NCBI GenBank assembly: GCA_047285535.1
Contig: JBJBDC010000001.1
Coordinates: 1,472,136-1,536,135, forward strand
DNA: 64,000 nt
Direction: 5' to 3'
DNA from: Synechococcus sp.
GTDB lineage: Bacteria > Cyanobacteriota > Cyanobacteriia > PCC-6307 > Cyanobiaceae
Of this stretch, positions 11,464 through 21,526 are shown one piece after another. The notes beneath the pieces were generated by a model. The model was not told the DNA's origin, searched no databases, and worked only from the letters and a program-made list of their open reading frames with translations. The position numbers and the translations under genes were made by a program. Every line of letters begins with the position of its first letter. Position 1 is the first letter of the stretch.

Positions 11464-11877
11464 TTAATTCGTTGGCTTGTCCGCTGCGTCAGGAGACGAA
11501 GGTGAATGATTCGAAGGAACCATTGATTTTGGCTGACGGCTGTACCACCACTCCTGCAACTCTGGCGTCAATCGCATCGAAAAGAGTGTCAGCAAAGTCG
11601 AAGTTGGACGAGAACCAGGCTGGAGCAGCTCAACGGAATAGGAAGGACAGCGCCTGGACGCCAGATCTGCCACAAAACGACGACCAATTCGGCGCCAACT
11701 CGGCTCCTTGCTACGCCAAGCCAAACGACAACAAGGCCAAGGCAACTCCTCACGGTCAAACAAACGGCAACAAGGACCTATCACCCGAAAGCTGTACTGC
11801 CCTCCTGGACTGGCATGCACCGTGCCATGCCCAAGCAATGCTTGAACATCAGACCGAAGCGCAGGAACAGGTGTCAA
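11464..11877 (-). CDS. Conserved cyanobacterial hypothetical protein
   Basis: GPCCRLFDREELPWPCCRL...PSYSVEL...EWWY, resembling the gene usually found downstream of petF. Start uncertain. Confidence 0.7.
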   Translation of the reverse strand: MTPVPALRSDVQALLGHGTVHASPGGQYSFRVIGPCCRLFDREELPWPCCRLAWRSKEPSWRRIGRRFVADLASRRCPSYSVELLQPGSRPTSTLLTLFSMRLTPELQEWWYSRQPKSMVPSNHSPSSPDAADKPTN

Positions 11878-11912
11878 AGCGATGGTCGAAAACTTAAAAC
11901 TGCATTCACATT

Positions 11913-11936
11913 AAAAAGCCACCCCTAGGGGTGGCT
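11913..11936 (-). terminator. Intrinsic terminator after petF
   Basis: AGCCACCCC-TA-GGGGTGGCT inverted repeat with U-tract on the minus strand. Confidence 0.75.
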
Positions 11937-11980
11937 GGAAAGATCTCTCATGAGACGTCTTCAGATGAAGACGGAAGGGC

Positions 11981-12280
11981 TCAATACAGCTCTTCTTCAG
12001 CGTGGGTTTTGATGGTGCAATCTGAAGTGGGGTAGGCCACACAAGTCAAAACGAAACCAGCTTCGATCTGGTCGTCGTCCAGGAAGCTCTGATCAGACTG
12101 ATCAACAGTGCCGGCAGTGAGTTTGCCTGCACAAGTGGAGCAGGCTCCTGCACGGCAGGAATAGGGCAAATCAATGCCCTGCTCTTCAGCAGCATCGAGG
12201 ATGTACTGATCGTCAGGAACTTCGATGGTCTTGTTGAGGCCTTCGCTCTCGCTGACCAGGGTGACCTTATAAGAAGCCAT
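11981..12280 (-). CDS. petF: Ferredoxin I (2Fe-2S)
   Basis: [15 protein letters not shown]...DQSFLDDDQ...LTCVAYP...EEELY. Confidence 0.97.
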   Translation of the reverse strand: MASYKVTLVSESEGLNKTIEVPDDQYILDAAEEQGIDLPYSCRAGACSTCAGKLTAGTVDQSDQSFLDDDQIEAGFVLTCVAYPTSDCTIKTHAEEELY

Positions 12281-12422
12281 GGATGGATGTAATGCGCAGA
12301 GATCGGGGTTGATCTGAATCTGCTGGACCGGATACTTCTACATCGGACAGACGCCGTGATACAGGATTCATCAGGGTTTTCTGTCCAAGCCCAATCTAAG
12401 ACGAGGCATTGATAAGCAGGAC

Positions 12423-13319
12423 TTATCGATGAAGGTGTTTGATTTCTAGGAGGCCCCAGCGTCCTTGCTGAGCAATTGGCCTTGCCTGCCAACCAGATTC
12501 AGCCAAAACCTGAATGAGCCGAGGAGCCTGATCAACCAAAAGGCCGCTAAGAAGACCGCGGCCCGTTAACTTCAAGACAGACTCAAATTGTGGAGCCAAG
12601 GCTTCGATCACCGGAGCAAGGATGTTGCACAGAAGCAAATCCGCCGCGACTCCTTGCAACAAAACCTGAAGTGTATCGATAGATCCATGACCAACAGTGA
12701 GTTGCGCGGCCTGGTGTCCATTGAGCAACAAGTTATCCGTCGTTGCTCGAACCGCAAGAGAGTCGGTGTCTGCAGCAACCACCTCTTGAGCTCCTAGGGC
12801 CAATGCTGCCAATCCCAAAACTCCGCTACCACAACCCAGATCGGCCACTCTCTGATTAAGCGGTGTCTTGGCCTCAAGAGCCTCAAGGCAAAGACGGGTC
12901 GTTGGATGACTACCTGTACCAAAAGCGCTGCCAGGATCCATCTTCACGACCAGGCGGGATTGGTGCTCATCGGGAACATCCAGCCAGGCCGGGAGGATCA
13001 ACAAATGCTTGCCAACAGGATCCGGTTGCCAGTGTTTTTTCCAGCTATGACTCCAATCCTGGTCTTCCAATTGCTCCCAAAGTGGCTGTGCCAACTCAAG
13101 CCCGAATGTCTCAGCCATCGGGCGAAGGCTATTCAGCAACTGATGACGCTGATCTTGAGGCCACTCGGAAGACGGGAGCCAAGCGAGCAAAGTGAGCTGA
13201 TCAGGGGATTCCGGGGCATGTTGCACAGCCACTCGATGCAGCCCTAAGGACTTCAGCTTCCAGAGGAGAGATTCCTCAAGCACAGGATGCAGAGGAAGGG
13301 ATAAGCGCCACCACATCAC
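12423..13319 (-). CDS. prmA: Ribosomal protein L11 methyltransferase
   Basis: DPGSAFGTGSHPTT, DLGCGSG and NILA motifs. Confidence 0.93.
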   Translation of the reverse strand: MMWWRLSLPLHPVLEESLLWKLKSLGLHRVAVQHAPESPDQLTLLAWLPSSEWPQDQRHQLLNSLRPMAETFGLELAQPLWEQLEDQDWSHSWKKHWQPDPVGKHLLILPAWLDVPDEHQSRLVVKMDPGSAFGTGSHPTTRLCLEALEAKTPLNQRVADLGCGSGVLGLAALALGAQEVVAADTDSLAVRATTDNLLLNGHQAAQLTVGHGSIDTLQVLLQGVAADLLLCNILAPVIEALAPQFESVLKLTGRGLLSGLLVDQAPRLIQVLAESGWQARPIAQQGRWGLLEIKHLHR

Positions 13320-14902
13320 AGCGTGACGGGATGAGCTTGCTGGATGCCATTGATGTTGTGGATGGTGGCCAACAAAGCGGGCGGGATCGGATCATCAATA
13401 CTGAGAACCATCACCGCATCACCACGCACGATGCGGCGCCCCACCTGCATCGAAGCGATATTGACGTTGTGCTCTCCGAGTAGCGAGCCCAGATGTCCAA
13501 TGATGCCTGGCATGTCTCGGTGCCTCGTAAACAGCATGTGGCGACTGGGAGGAACATTCAGAGGAAATTCATCAATACTCGTGACGCGCAAATCACCATC
13601 TGCGAAGACCGCACCAGTCACGCTGTGTCCTCCCTGACCACCGCGGGTGGTGAGCTGCAGCGACCCACCGGCAAAATCGCGACTGGCATCGTCCTTGACC
13701 TCAAGCACGTGAATGCCACGGCCCTTAGCCTCCAAGGATGCATTCACGTAGTTGATTCGATCCCCAAGCGCGCTGCTCAGCATGCCCTTCAGAGCAGCTA
13801 CAACAAGCGGTTGAGACGGATGGCTGGCGAATTCACCTTGCAGACGCACCTCCAATTCCTGAATCTGCCCGCCATTAAGTTGACTCACCAGTAAGCCAAG
13901 AGTTTCCGCCAGCTGAAGATGAGGCTTTAGTTGCTCCATGATCTCGGCACTGAGCCCGGGAATATTGACAGCGCTACGGGCTGGCAGCCCCAGCAAAACA
14001 TCACGAATTTGTTCGGCAACATCGACCGCCACATTTTCCTGAGCCTCTTCCGTAGAAGCTCCAAGGTGAGGAGTCAGCACGAGCCCTCGTTCCACAGCTC
14101 GCAAAGGAGAATCTTTAGCCAAAGGCTCAGATGCAAACACATCCAGTCCGGCTCCAGCGATCACACCGGACTCAATCGCTTCAGCGATCGCCGACTCATC
14201 AATGATTCCGCCCCGGGCACAATTGACAATCCGTGCTGTGCTCTTCATCGTCCGAAGCAACTCTGCATTCACCAGATTTTCTGTGTCAGGTGTTCTTGGA
14301 ATGTGAAGGGTGATGTAATCAGCCTGCTGAAACAGTGCTTCAAGAGTGGTCAATCGAACCTGCATCTGCTGTGCACGCTCTGAAGAGATAAAAGGATCAA
14401 ACGCGATCACTTCCATTCCCATCGCTTTTGCCACGCGAGCAACGTGAGAACCGATTTTGCCCAAGCCCACCACGCCAAGAATTTTTTTATAAAGCTCATT
14501 GCCCACATATTTTTTGCGATCCCACGCTCCAGACCGCATCGAACCATGGGCTTGCGGAACATGGCGAGACACGGAAAGCAACATCGCAAGCGCATGCTCC
14601 GCAGCTGCGATGGTGTTGCCTTCGGGTGAATTGACCACCAACACCCCGCGTTGTGTAGCGGCAGGTACATCGACGTTGTCAACACCTACACCGGCACGCC
14701 CGATGATGCGCAAACGATCAGCAGCCTCAATGACATCGGCTGTGACCTGGGTCCCGGATCGAATCATCAGTGCTTCGTAATCACCGATAATCGATTTGAG
14801 CTCTTCCGGCGCAAGTCCCGTGCGGTAATCAACCTGAGCAACTTGGCCAAGGATGTCGAGCCCCGCCTGGTCAATGGGGTCTGAAACGAGAACTTTTGTC
14901 AT
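13316..14902 (-). CDS. serA: D-3-phosphoglycerate dehydrogenase
   Basis: RAGVGVDNVD, GLGKIG, TPHLGAST and a C-terminal ACT domain. Start MTKVLVSD. Confidence 0.96.
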   Translation of the reverse strand: MTKVLVSDPIDQAGLDILGQVAQVDYRTGLAPEELKSIIGDYEALMIRSGTQVTADVIEAADRLRIIGRAGVGVDNVDVPAATQRGVLVVNSPEGNTIAAAEHALAMLLSVSRHVPQAHGSMRSGAWDRKKYVGNELYKKILGVVGLGKIGSHVARVAKAMGMEVIAFDPFISSERAQQMQVRLTTLEALFQQADYITLHIPRTPDTENLVNAELLRTMKSTARIVNCARGGIIDESAIAEAIESGVIAGAGLDVFASEPLAKDSPLRAVERGLVLTPHLGASTEEAQENVAVDVAEQIRDVLLGLPARSAVNIPGLSAEIMEQLKPHLQLAETLGLLVSQLNGGQIQELEVRLQGEFASHPSQPLVVAALKGMLSSALGDRINYVNASLEAKGRGIHVLEVKDDASRDFAGGSLQLTTRGGQGGHSVTGAVFADGDLRVTSIDEFPLNVPPSRHMLFTRHRDMPGIIGHLGSLLGEHNVNIASMQVGRRIVRGDAVMVLSIDDPIPPALLATIHNINGIQQAHPVTL

Positions 14903-15033
14903 CCAGCGGCGGAAGAGAGCCACCTCTGACTGTAGAGATCAGCCTGCAGATTCTCTTTTCACTGTCTGCCAGCCCGAACAGATTCAAAAGACACAGTTGC
15001 AGGAGACAATGAGAGCTCGGCTGCTGCTTTTTC

Positions 15034-15591
15034 ATGCCTGTTTGCGTTCTGGTTCTCAATGAGCGCACGAGTGCCGACCGTCTTCGCCTGTCGCTTCAGG
15101 AACTCGGCACGCCATTGCTGAGAGTGGCCCTGGTAGCACCCTCCCCAGATCAAAGGACTGGATCACAGCACGATGAGGTCCCTTCGTCTTCTGATCTCCC
15201 AGCTGAAGCATTAGACGAAGTCGAACTACTGAATCCCAATTTGACTCGTCGTCGGCGTCAGAAATCAATGGCGCGCTGGTTGATGCCCTTCGGTTTTTTC
15301 GCCGGAATTACTTTTACCCAAATCACTACTCTTGAGACATTTGCACGCTTTGGTCCCTGGGGTGCTGCATTCATGGGTGGCCTACTGGGCATGGGATCAG
15401 GCCTCATGGGCAGCTATGCCGCCGCAGCGAGCGTCCCCTCAGAGAATGAGGATGGAGTCAGGATCCTTCGAAATCGTCATCTAGATGGCTACTGGCTACT
15501 TCTCCTGGAGACCAGGCCAGGGATCGAACTGCCGTGGCAAACCGTCCAAAAGGCACAACCCCAGCAAGTCGTTCGCCTTAGCGAACTATGA
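15034..15591 (+). CDS. Conserved hypothetical membrane protein
   Basis: WLMPFGFFAG...GGLLGMGSGLMGS, two hydrophobic segments; overlaps the next gene (ATGA). Confidence 0.75.
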   Translation: MPVCVLVLNERTSADRLRLSLQELGTPLLRVALVAPSPDQRTGSQHDEVPSSSDLPAEALDEVELLNPNLTRRRRQKSMARWLMPFGFFAGITFTQITTLETFARFGPWGAAFMGGLLGMGSGLMGSYAAAASVPSENEDGVRILRNRHLDGYWLLLLETRPGIELPWQTVQKAQPQQVVRLSEL

Positions 15592-16370
15592 GTCTCCCTC
15601 GCGACGATCTCCTGCGGTTATGCAGGAATCGCACAACCATGGCCGCGTTGATTGACATCGCAGAAGACGTTCTGCGCACCTGGCAACCGCAATGGAGCCC
15701 CTTCTTAGACGCGTTAATGCTTGAGGAGGTCAGCCACCTCGACACACTGGCAGAACTGCAGATCAGCCGTTATGGCGGTTATTTAGGAGCAGAACGGAAG
15801 CGGTTACTCATCCAACATGCAGAATCAACAACACAAGAACAGCTCCCATGCCCTCTGGCAGGTCTCAACGTGGAGGGGAACTTCCTCTTTGACCCCACCA
15901 CTCCAGATGAAATTCGTCAGGCATTAGAAGACATTGGCGTTGCTGGCGAGAGTCTCGGTGATATTTGGATCCGTGGGGACAGAGGTGCTCAGGCTATTGG
16001 CACACCAGAGGCGGTGAACCTGCTGCAAGGACGACGAGCCAATCTTCGCGATGTTGTCATCGTCTGCGAATCCTTGCCACTCGAGGATCTTCAATGGCCT
16101 GTTCAAAGAGCCACTCGACGTTTCAGCAGCGTAGAAGCCTCCTGCAGACTTGACGCTATCGCCTCTGCAGGCTTTGGGATGTCTCGATCGAAAGTTGTCA
16201 AACAAATCAAAGAAGGACGTTTAAGGCTTAATTGGGAGCCAGTTCGGCACGCAAGTCGAGATTTAAAAGTTGGAGATCGCCTGCAACTTCAAGAAAGAGG
16301 CAGCATTGAAGTCATGAACATCGAACGCACGAAACGAGAACGATGGCGCGTCGACATCCTCCGGAATTAA
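15588..16370 (+). CDS. Photosystem II S4 domain (YlmH-like) RNA-binding protein
   Basis: GNFLFDP, GDRGAQ and RLDAIASAGFGMSRSK S4 domain. Confidence 0.9.
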   Translation: MSLPRDDLLRLCRNRTTMAALIDIAEDVLRTWQPQWSPFLDALMLEEVSHLDTLAELQISRYGGYLGAERKRLLIQHAESTTQEQLPCPLAGLNVEGNFLFDPTTPDEIRQALEDIGVAGESLGDIWIRGDRGAQAIGTPEAVNLLQGRRANLRDVVIVCESLPLEDLQWPVQRATRRFSSVEASCRLDAIASAGFGMSRSKVVKQIKEGRLRLNWEPVRHASRDLKVGDRLQLQERGSIEVMNIERTKRERWRVDILRN

Positions 16371-16467
16371 GAAAGCTGAGTTGGATAGGCACGTCAACTG
16401 CTAACTTCAGGCACTGGTTGATGCAAGTGCAACAACCACTCATCTCACAAGACAAATTTGAGAGTTG

Positions 16468-16539
<72 letters not shown>

Positions 16540-16566
16540 CTTCCCTTTAGGGACAGGAGTAGGCCA

Positions 16567-17949
16567 ATGGCAAGGAGCTTGATCGTGGGGCTTGGACGCT
16601 CCGGGATCGGAGCAGCGCGCCTCCTTCATGCCCAAGGCCATCACGTTGTTGTGATTGAGAGCGATGCTGGTCCCGAACAACAAGCGAAAGCGCAACAACT
16701 GAGAGCTCAGGGCATCCAGATTGAACTGGGATGTCCCCTCCAGCTATCTAGCTTTACGCAATGGATTGATCAGATTGAGCAAGTCGTGATCAGCCCAGGA
16801 ATTCCTTGGGACCATCCCACTTTGATGCGACTGCGGGATCAAGGGGTGACCGTGAAGGGAGAAATGGCGGTGGCATGGCAAGCCCTGCAAGATTCTCCTT
16901 GGATTGGAATCACCGGAACGAATGGAAAAACGACCGTGACGCATCTTTTACATCACGTTCTCAATCAAGCTGGGTTGCATGCGCCAATGGCCGGGAACGT
17001 TGGACATTCAGCTGCCGAATTAGCACTGCAATGCATGGATCAATCGCAAACCAAACCTGATTGGATTGTGATGGAGATGAGTAGTTACCAAATCGAATCA
17101 GCCAATGAGATATCACCACAAATCGGGATTTGGACAACGCTGACCCCCGACCATCTGGATCGACACGGTTCAATCACTGCCTACAGAGCCATCAAGCAAG
17201 GACTTCTTGAACGCTCTAAGTATGCAGTTCTCAATGCCGACGATGCTTATCTTCAAAGCAGGAGGGCGCATTGGCCAAAGGCTCAATGGGTCAGCGCAGC
17301 CCCTACCAAGAGTGAGCCATCAGGCCTTGAGCTGTGGATTAATCAAGCTGGTCAAGTGTGTAGGAAAAACGGTCCACTCTTCCCAGCGAACGCACTCTCT
17401 ATGCAAGGAGATCACAATCGTCAAAACCTGCTGATGGTTACTGCAGCAGCATTGCAAGCCGGAGTAGATCCTTGCGCGATCGAACGTGGGTTTCGCAGTT
17501 TTCCAGGAGTGCCCCATCGTCTAGAAGGCCTGGGAACACTTCATGGCATGAGTGTGTTTAATGACAGCAAAGCCACGAATTACGACGCGGCTGCCGTTGC
17601 GCTTCAAGCCGTGCCTGCTCCAATTGTGCTGCTTGCCGGTGGACTCTCCAAACAAGGGGATGCCAGTGGTTGGCTTCAGCTCGTGCAAGATCGAGTTTGC
17701 ACCATTGCACTGTTCGGAAGTGATCGAGACATCTTGCTGAACATGATTCAAGACTTCGGGTACACAGGGACAGTGACATCCCACCAAAAAATGGAGGATG
17801 CCTTGACTGCAGCCATCGAATTCGGACTCAATCACAAGGCATCCTCGCTGCTGCTATCGCCCGCCTGCGCCAGCTTCGATCAATACAAAGATTTCGAAGC
17901 CAGAGGCGATCATTTCAAGGGAATGATTAAGCAATACTCCCAAGATTGA
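16567..17949 (+). CDS. murD: UDP-N-acetylmuramoyl-L-alanine--D-glutamate ligase
   Basis: GLGRSG, ITGTNGKTT, EMSSYQ, HRLE, NDSKATN and SPACASFDQY motifs. Confidence 0.96.
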   Translation: MARSLIVGLGRSGIGAARLLHAQGHHVVVIESDAGPEQQAKAQQLRAQGIQIELGCPLQLSSFTQWIDQIEQVVISPGIPWDHPTLMRLRDQGVTVKGEMAVAWQALQDSPWIGITGTNGKTTVTHLLHHVLNQAGLHAPMAGNVGHSAAELALQCMDQSQTKPDWIVMEMSSYQIESANEISPQIGIWTTLTPDHLDRHGSITAYRAIKQGLLERSKYAVLNADDAYLQSRRAHWPKAQWVSAAPTKSEPSGLELWINQAGQVCRKNGPLFPANALSMQGDHNRQNLLMVTAAALQAGVDPCAIERGFRSFPGVPHRLEGLGTLHGMSVFNDSKATNYDAAAVALQAVPAPIVLLAGGLSKQGDASGWLQLVQDRVCTIALFGSDRDILLNMIQDFGYTGTVTSHQKMEDALTAAIEFGLNHKASSLLLSPACASFDQYKDFEARGDHFKGMIKQYSQD

Positions 17950-18138
17950 TCAACTGATCAAAGCTGATGCATGCCACGCTATTGATGATCAGATCAGGAT
18001 CAAAAACACCAATCATCCCTTTAAATTCACCAGCAGGCGCAAAACTTCAACTGCAATCTCTGCCCTTATGAATTCGCAACCCTTGAGGCATCCAAGGAAC
18101 ACAAGTGCAGGAGAATCAAAACCTCCTAGAACAGTTTA

Positions 18139-18357
18139 ATGAAAGCGTCTAAACTACTGCTCTGTTTAACCATTTTTCTGTTAATAGCCTCCTGCGAATC
18201 CAAGGGGTCAAGAGATAAAAAGATTTGCGCTCTTTACGAAGAGGACAAGATTGATGCCGTCAAAGCACTAGACTCCCTAGGCCTTAAGCCGAATGAGAAT
18301 GGCGGAAGATTTAAACCAGTGGAGCTTTTCTGCGGCAAATTCAAAGTAACCAATTAA
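18139..18357 (+). CDS. Small putative lipoprotein
   Basis: Basic N-terminus, hydrophobic core and lipobox-like LIASC; two further Cys. Confidence 0.65.
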   Translation: MKASKLLLCLTIFLLIASCESKGSRDKKICALYEEDKIDAVKALDSLGLKPNENGGRFKPVELFCGKFKVTN

Positions 18358-18781
18358 AGCAGAAAAACAGCAGGCACCAAACAGTCATTAACGCTGCAGA
18401 GCAAGCAAACAACAACTTCATTACTTTAACCAAGAGGAGGAGACACTTCTTCCCAGAACGAGAAAATCAATCCAACACGCACTCTTCTCTACAACAACAA
18501 GAAAGTCAAGCCAAAGCAATAACAGAACCACAATAATCAAAGAGCCTAAACGAGGTCTTGGCTATGAATGGACCTGAAGCATCAGCCTCTTAGCCGGTAC
18601 CTAGCAGCCATTTTTATTATAAAATTTGTTCCAGCACAGGGAGGACGTTGCCCTTGCAAAATTCACGCCAATACACTTTAGCCAAGCAGAATGTACATTA
18701 AGAAATTTTACCAGGACGGCAATTCTCAAACAATCCAATCACCGTGCTATAGCAAACACTTTACCACTTGCGCCTCTTGAC

Positions 18782-19252
18782 ATGAGTAACTCCTCATATT
18801 GGCTAATGAAAAGTGAACCCAATGTGTACGGTATTGAGCACCTAAAAGAAGAAAAGACTACTTTATGGGACGGCATCAGGAATTACCAGGCTCGCAACTT
18901 TATGCGCAGGATGAAGATCGGAGATCAAGCATTTTTTTATCATTCCAATTGCAAACCTCCCGGCATTGTTGGACTGATGGAGGTCACAGAAATTGGCCTT
19001 GTCGATCCTACACAGTTCGATTCTAGTTCTAAATATCACGACCCCGCCTCCAAAAAAGATTCTCCTCGCTGGGATTGTGTACGGCTTGTCTATTGCGGAC
19101 AATTTGAAAATATGCTGTCGCTTAATCAGCTACGAGAATTCTACGACGTCGATAAACTTGCCGTCATTCGCAGAGGAAATCGGCTGTCCATACTTCCGGT
19201 TGACACAGACATCGCGATGGATTTACTAAAGAGACTTGGACCGCTTAAATGA
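18782..19252 (+). CDS. EVE domain protein
   Basis: YWLMKSEP, WDGIRNYQARNFMR, FFYHSN and RLSILPV motifs. ATG at 18782. Confidence 0.93.
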   Translation: MSNSSYWLMKSEPNVYGIEHLKEEKTTLWDGIRNYQARNFMRRMKIGDQAFFYHSNCKPPGIVGLMEVTEIGLVDPTQFDSSSKYHDPASKKDSPRWDCVRLVYCGQFENMLSLNQLREFYDVDKLAVIRRGNRLSILPVDTDIAMDLLKRLGPLK

Positions 19253-20006
19253 TCCGGTCGCAAGGATTCCTGCCGAGCGACTTCCTCTCACGACGATTAT
19301 TCCAAGAGCCTGGATTGGCTTTAGCACAGCTCCATGGTCATTCATTGGGCTCACAGCCCTGATACTGATCAGCCTGATGGGCCTAGGCGTGATGGCACGA
19401 GATCTGCAACTCAGCAACAATGCTCTTCTACAGCGTGCTGGCGATGTTGTGCTGGTGATGGCTTTTATCGTTCCTCTGTCTCCTCTATTGGCTCTTCTAC
19501 AACTGGCCGATGAAAGTCTTCCAGGAGGAGTCAACAGTGATCCCCAAGGACCTAATAAAAGACGCCGATTTCACTGGCTGCTTAAACAAACTTTTGGACT
19601 ATTGATTTTAGAAGGCCTCATCGCTATAGGAGCAATCAGCACTATTCATCTTTTGAGTCAATTGTTAGCACCTCACAGCGGTGTACTGGCCAGCATGGTT
19701 GTTGTATTGGGTGGTATAGGGATTGCTATTTGGTTAATTGGCCAGGTTCTCGCTATTCCGCTGCTCATTCACCATGGTCATCGTCCCCTCCGGGCGATGG
19801 AGCACAGCCGAAAACTAGTTCAAAGGAATCGCCTCAAAGTACTGGCTCTAATGGGACTTCTTCTGGGCATTAATTTAATCGGCCTCATGGCTGCAAGTCT
19901 TGGACTTCTCCTCAGCCTTCCCTACAGCGCCCTTTTAGTGATGGCAAGCTGCCGGACTCAAACACCATGGCCTAGGGAGTCTCGTCGAAACATTTCACCG
20001 ACATAA
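19236..20006 (+). CDS. Conserved hypothetical integral membrane protein
   Basis: 256-aa ORF with about five hydrophobic segments, overlapping the end of the EVE gene. Confidence 0.75.
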   Translation: MDRLNDPVARIPAERLPLTTIIPRAWIGFSTAPWSFIGLTALILISLMGLGVMARDLQLSNNALLQRAGDVVLVMAFIVPLSPLLALLQLADESLPGGVNSDPQGPNKRRRFHWLLKQTFGLLILEGLIAIGAISTIHLLSQLLAPHSGVLASMVVVLGGIGIAIWLIGQVLAIPLLIHHGHRPLRAMEHSRKLVQRNRLKVLALMGLLLGINLIGLMAASLGLLLSLPYSALLVMASCRTQTPWPRESRRNISPT

Positions 20007-20257
20007 AGGCGGGTCAGTTCTCGAGATTCGACACCATTCTGAACGAGAAATCCAGCTAGAGCAGCCTGAACCAGTCTGTACTGATCCCAATTCGGACAAC
20101 GCTCGATAAATGCCGACATGGCCTGATGCAAAGGCAAAGGCAAATTGGTGTGAAAACTAACGATGTCGCCTGACAGAACTGATTCCAAAGGAGTTTCGTG
20201 TGGACCCAGTGCTGAGGAAGGAACGCCCACCTCTGCTTCTAGCTGACCTTGAACCAC
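19958..20257 (-). CDS. DUF2811 domain protein
   Basis: LHQAMSAFIERCPNWDQYRLVQAALAGFLVQNG pattern; GGAG upstream of the GTG. Confidence 0.88.
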   Translation of the reverse strand: MVQGQLEAEVGVPSSALGPHETPLESVLSGDIVSFHTNLPLPLHQAMSAFIERCPNWDQYRLVQAALAGFLVQNGVESRELTRLYVGEMFRRDSLGHGV

Positions 20258-20296
20258 ACTGTTCTCCGCATTTGCTCGGCATGAATATATGCCTAG

Positions 20297-20550
20297 TTAT
20301 CCACAAGCACAACCGCCCAACAGAAAGCAAGAACCAATCCAATCTCAACAATTCCCACCATGAGATTGAGACTGTCAGGCCTGTTCAGGACTGGAACGGC
20401 TCAACAAACACGGTTGAAGCCAACTCCGCAAGAGCGACGACAGAACAAATTTAAATTCAACACTTTTCCACAGACTGAAGCCCTTAGCCAGCAAACAGCA
20501 ACCCAGCCTGTGGAAAAGCTGTGAACAGCCACCCTTCGGAAGGTGGAGAA
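20297..20550. promoter_or_regulatory. Cluster of DnaA boxes
   Basis: TTATCCACA at 20297-20305, TTTTCCACA at 20464-20472, TGTGGAAAA at 20509-20517; degenerate copies at 20520-20528 and 20542-20550. Confidence 0.65.
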
Positions 20551-20590
20551 ATCAATAAAACCTGATCCATCAGAAGAAATAATCAAAATA

Positions 20591-20959
20591 TCAATCCCAC
20601 ACAGTTCTCAAAGCAGCCAGGAAAGCCTGAGCGGCAGGAGCAGGCCAGGCGCACTCCAGACCTCGCCGCTGCTCTCCAATTCCTTGAAGAATTACCTGCA
20701 GGGACCAGCGATCTCGGGTGCCATCAAGACAGCCCCACCACTCATGGTGTTGCAACTCCAAACGGATGGATTCTTCTGACATCAACTGAACTCGAATCAG
20801 CTTGAGTTGATGCTCGAGCTCCACGAGAAGGCTATACAACTCCTTGACTTCCACCTCTGTGAGCTCGACAGCCCATTGCTCCCCTCCAATGAGAAAGGGG
20901 AAACCCTTACGGCTTAAATCGTAGGCGAGCCTCCAGCCTGGACCCTCCTGTTGGATCAT
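20591..20959 (-). CDS. DUF1818 family protein
   Basis: [10 protein letters not shown]...[12 protein letters not shown]...QLMSEE...WPAPA pattern. Confidence 0.85.
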   Translation of the reverse strand: MIQQEGPGWRLAYDLSRKGFPFLIGGEQWAVELTEVEVKELYSLLVELEHQLKLIRVQLMSEESIRLELQHHEWWGCLDGTRDRWSLQVILQGIGEQRRGLECAWPAPAAQAFLAALRTVWD

Positions 20960-21183
20960 CCAGGCAAGAGATCAGGCTGATCCTGCTCATCGGAGAGCTC
21001 AACAATTGCACGATGAACAGGTTTGACACTCGATTCTTCAAGCAGCCCATCAAAATCATCGAATCGACGTTGCTTGGCGCGAAAAGCAATCTTGACGGTC
21101 GTCAAATAACGATTGGTGGACTGGCGAATCAGGCTTTCGCCTCGTTTGGCAAGGTCTCTTGAGTCCACACCTGCAGAAATCAT
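20956..21183 (-). CDS. rpoZ: RNA polymerase omega subunit (Ycf61)
   Basis: [19 protein letters not shown]...[13 protein letters not shown]. Confidence 0.95.
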   Translation of the reverse strand: MISAGVDSRDLAKRGESLIRQSTNRYLTTVKIAFRAKQRRFDDFDGLLEESSVKPVHRAIVELSDEQDQPDLLPG

Positions 21184-21209
21184 TTTGAATCACTCACTCA
21201 CTGTAGATC

Positions 21210-21506
21210 TTAAGTGAGTAGATCGCTCCGAAACGGAACTTGCATTGGATAAGCACGATGGGGACGACCCTGGACTCGCAAAACGATCTGACGGCCTAAG
21301 CCCATGGCAACGAGAGGACGTCTGAGATGACTCAGCAAACCACTCACTTCTTCAAGATGTTGGCTGTCAACACATTCAATGCGAATGCAGCCCCAACTTC
21401 GGGACATGCGGCAATCGCGCAGCGGTTCTAATTCAGCTTCTATATCTGGATCCTCTCTATAAAAAGAAAACACCAGGCGTCTCAACCGATCCATCAATGG
21501 CCCCAT
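21210..21506 (-). CDS. Conserved hypothetical protein
   Basis: 98-aa ATG ORF directly upstream of rpoZ on the same strand. Confidence 0.75.
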   Translation of the reverse strand: MGPLMDRLRRLVFSFYREDPDIEAELEPLRDCRMSRSWGCIRIECVDSQHLEEVSGLLSHLRRPLVAMGLGRQIVLRVQGRPHRAYPMQVPFRSDLLT

Positions 21507-21526
21507 AGTCTTTATCTCTTATCAAG

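Noticed and set aside
11445..11897. 150-aa plus-strand ORF
   Set aside because: It is antisense to the more plausible conserved gene at 11464-11877.
20258..20590. Calling the DnaA-box cluster oriC
   Set aside because: No dnaN or dnaA is adjacent and there is no long AT-rich unwinding element; kept only as a box cluster.
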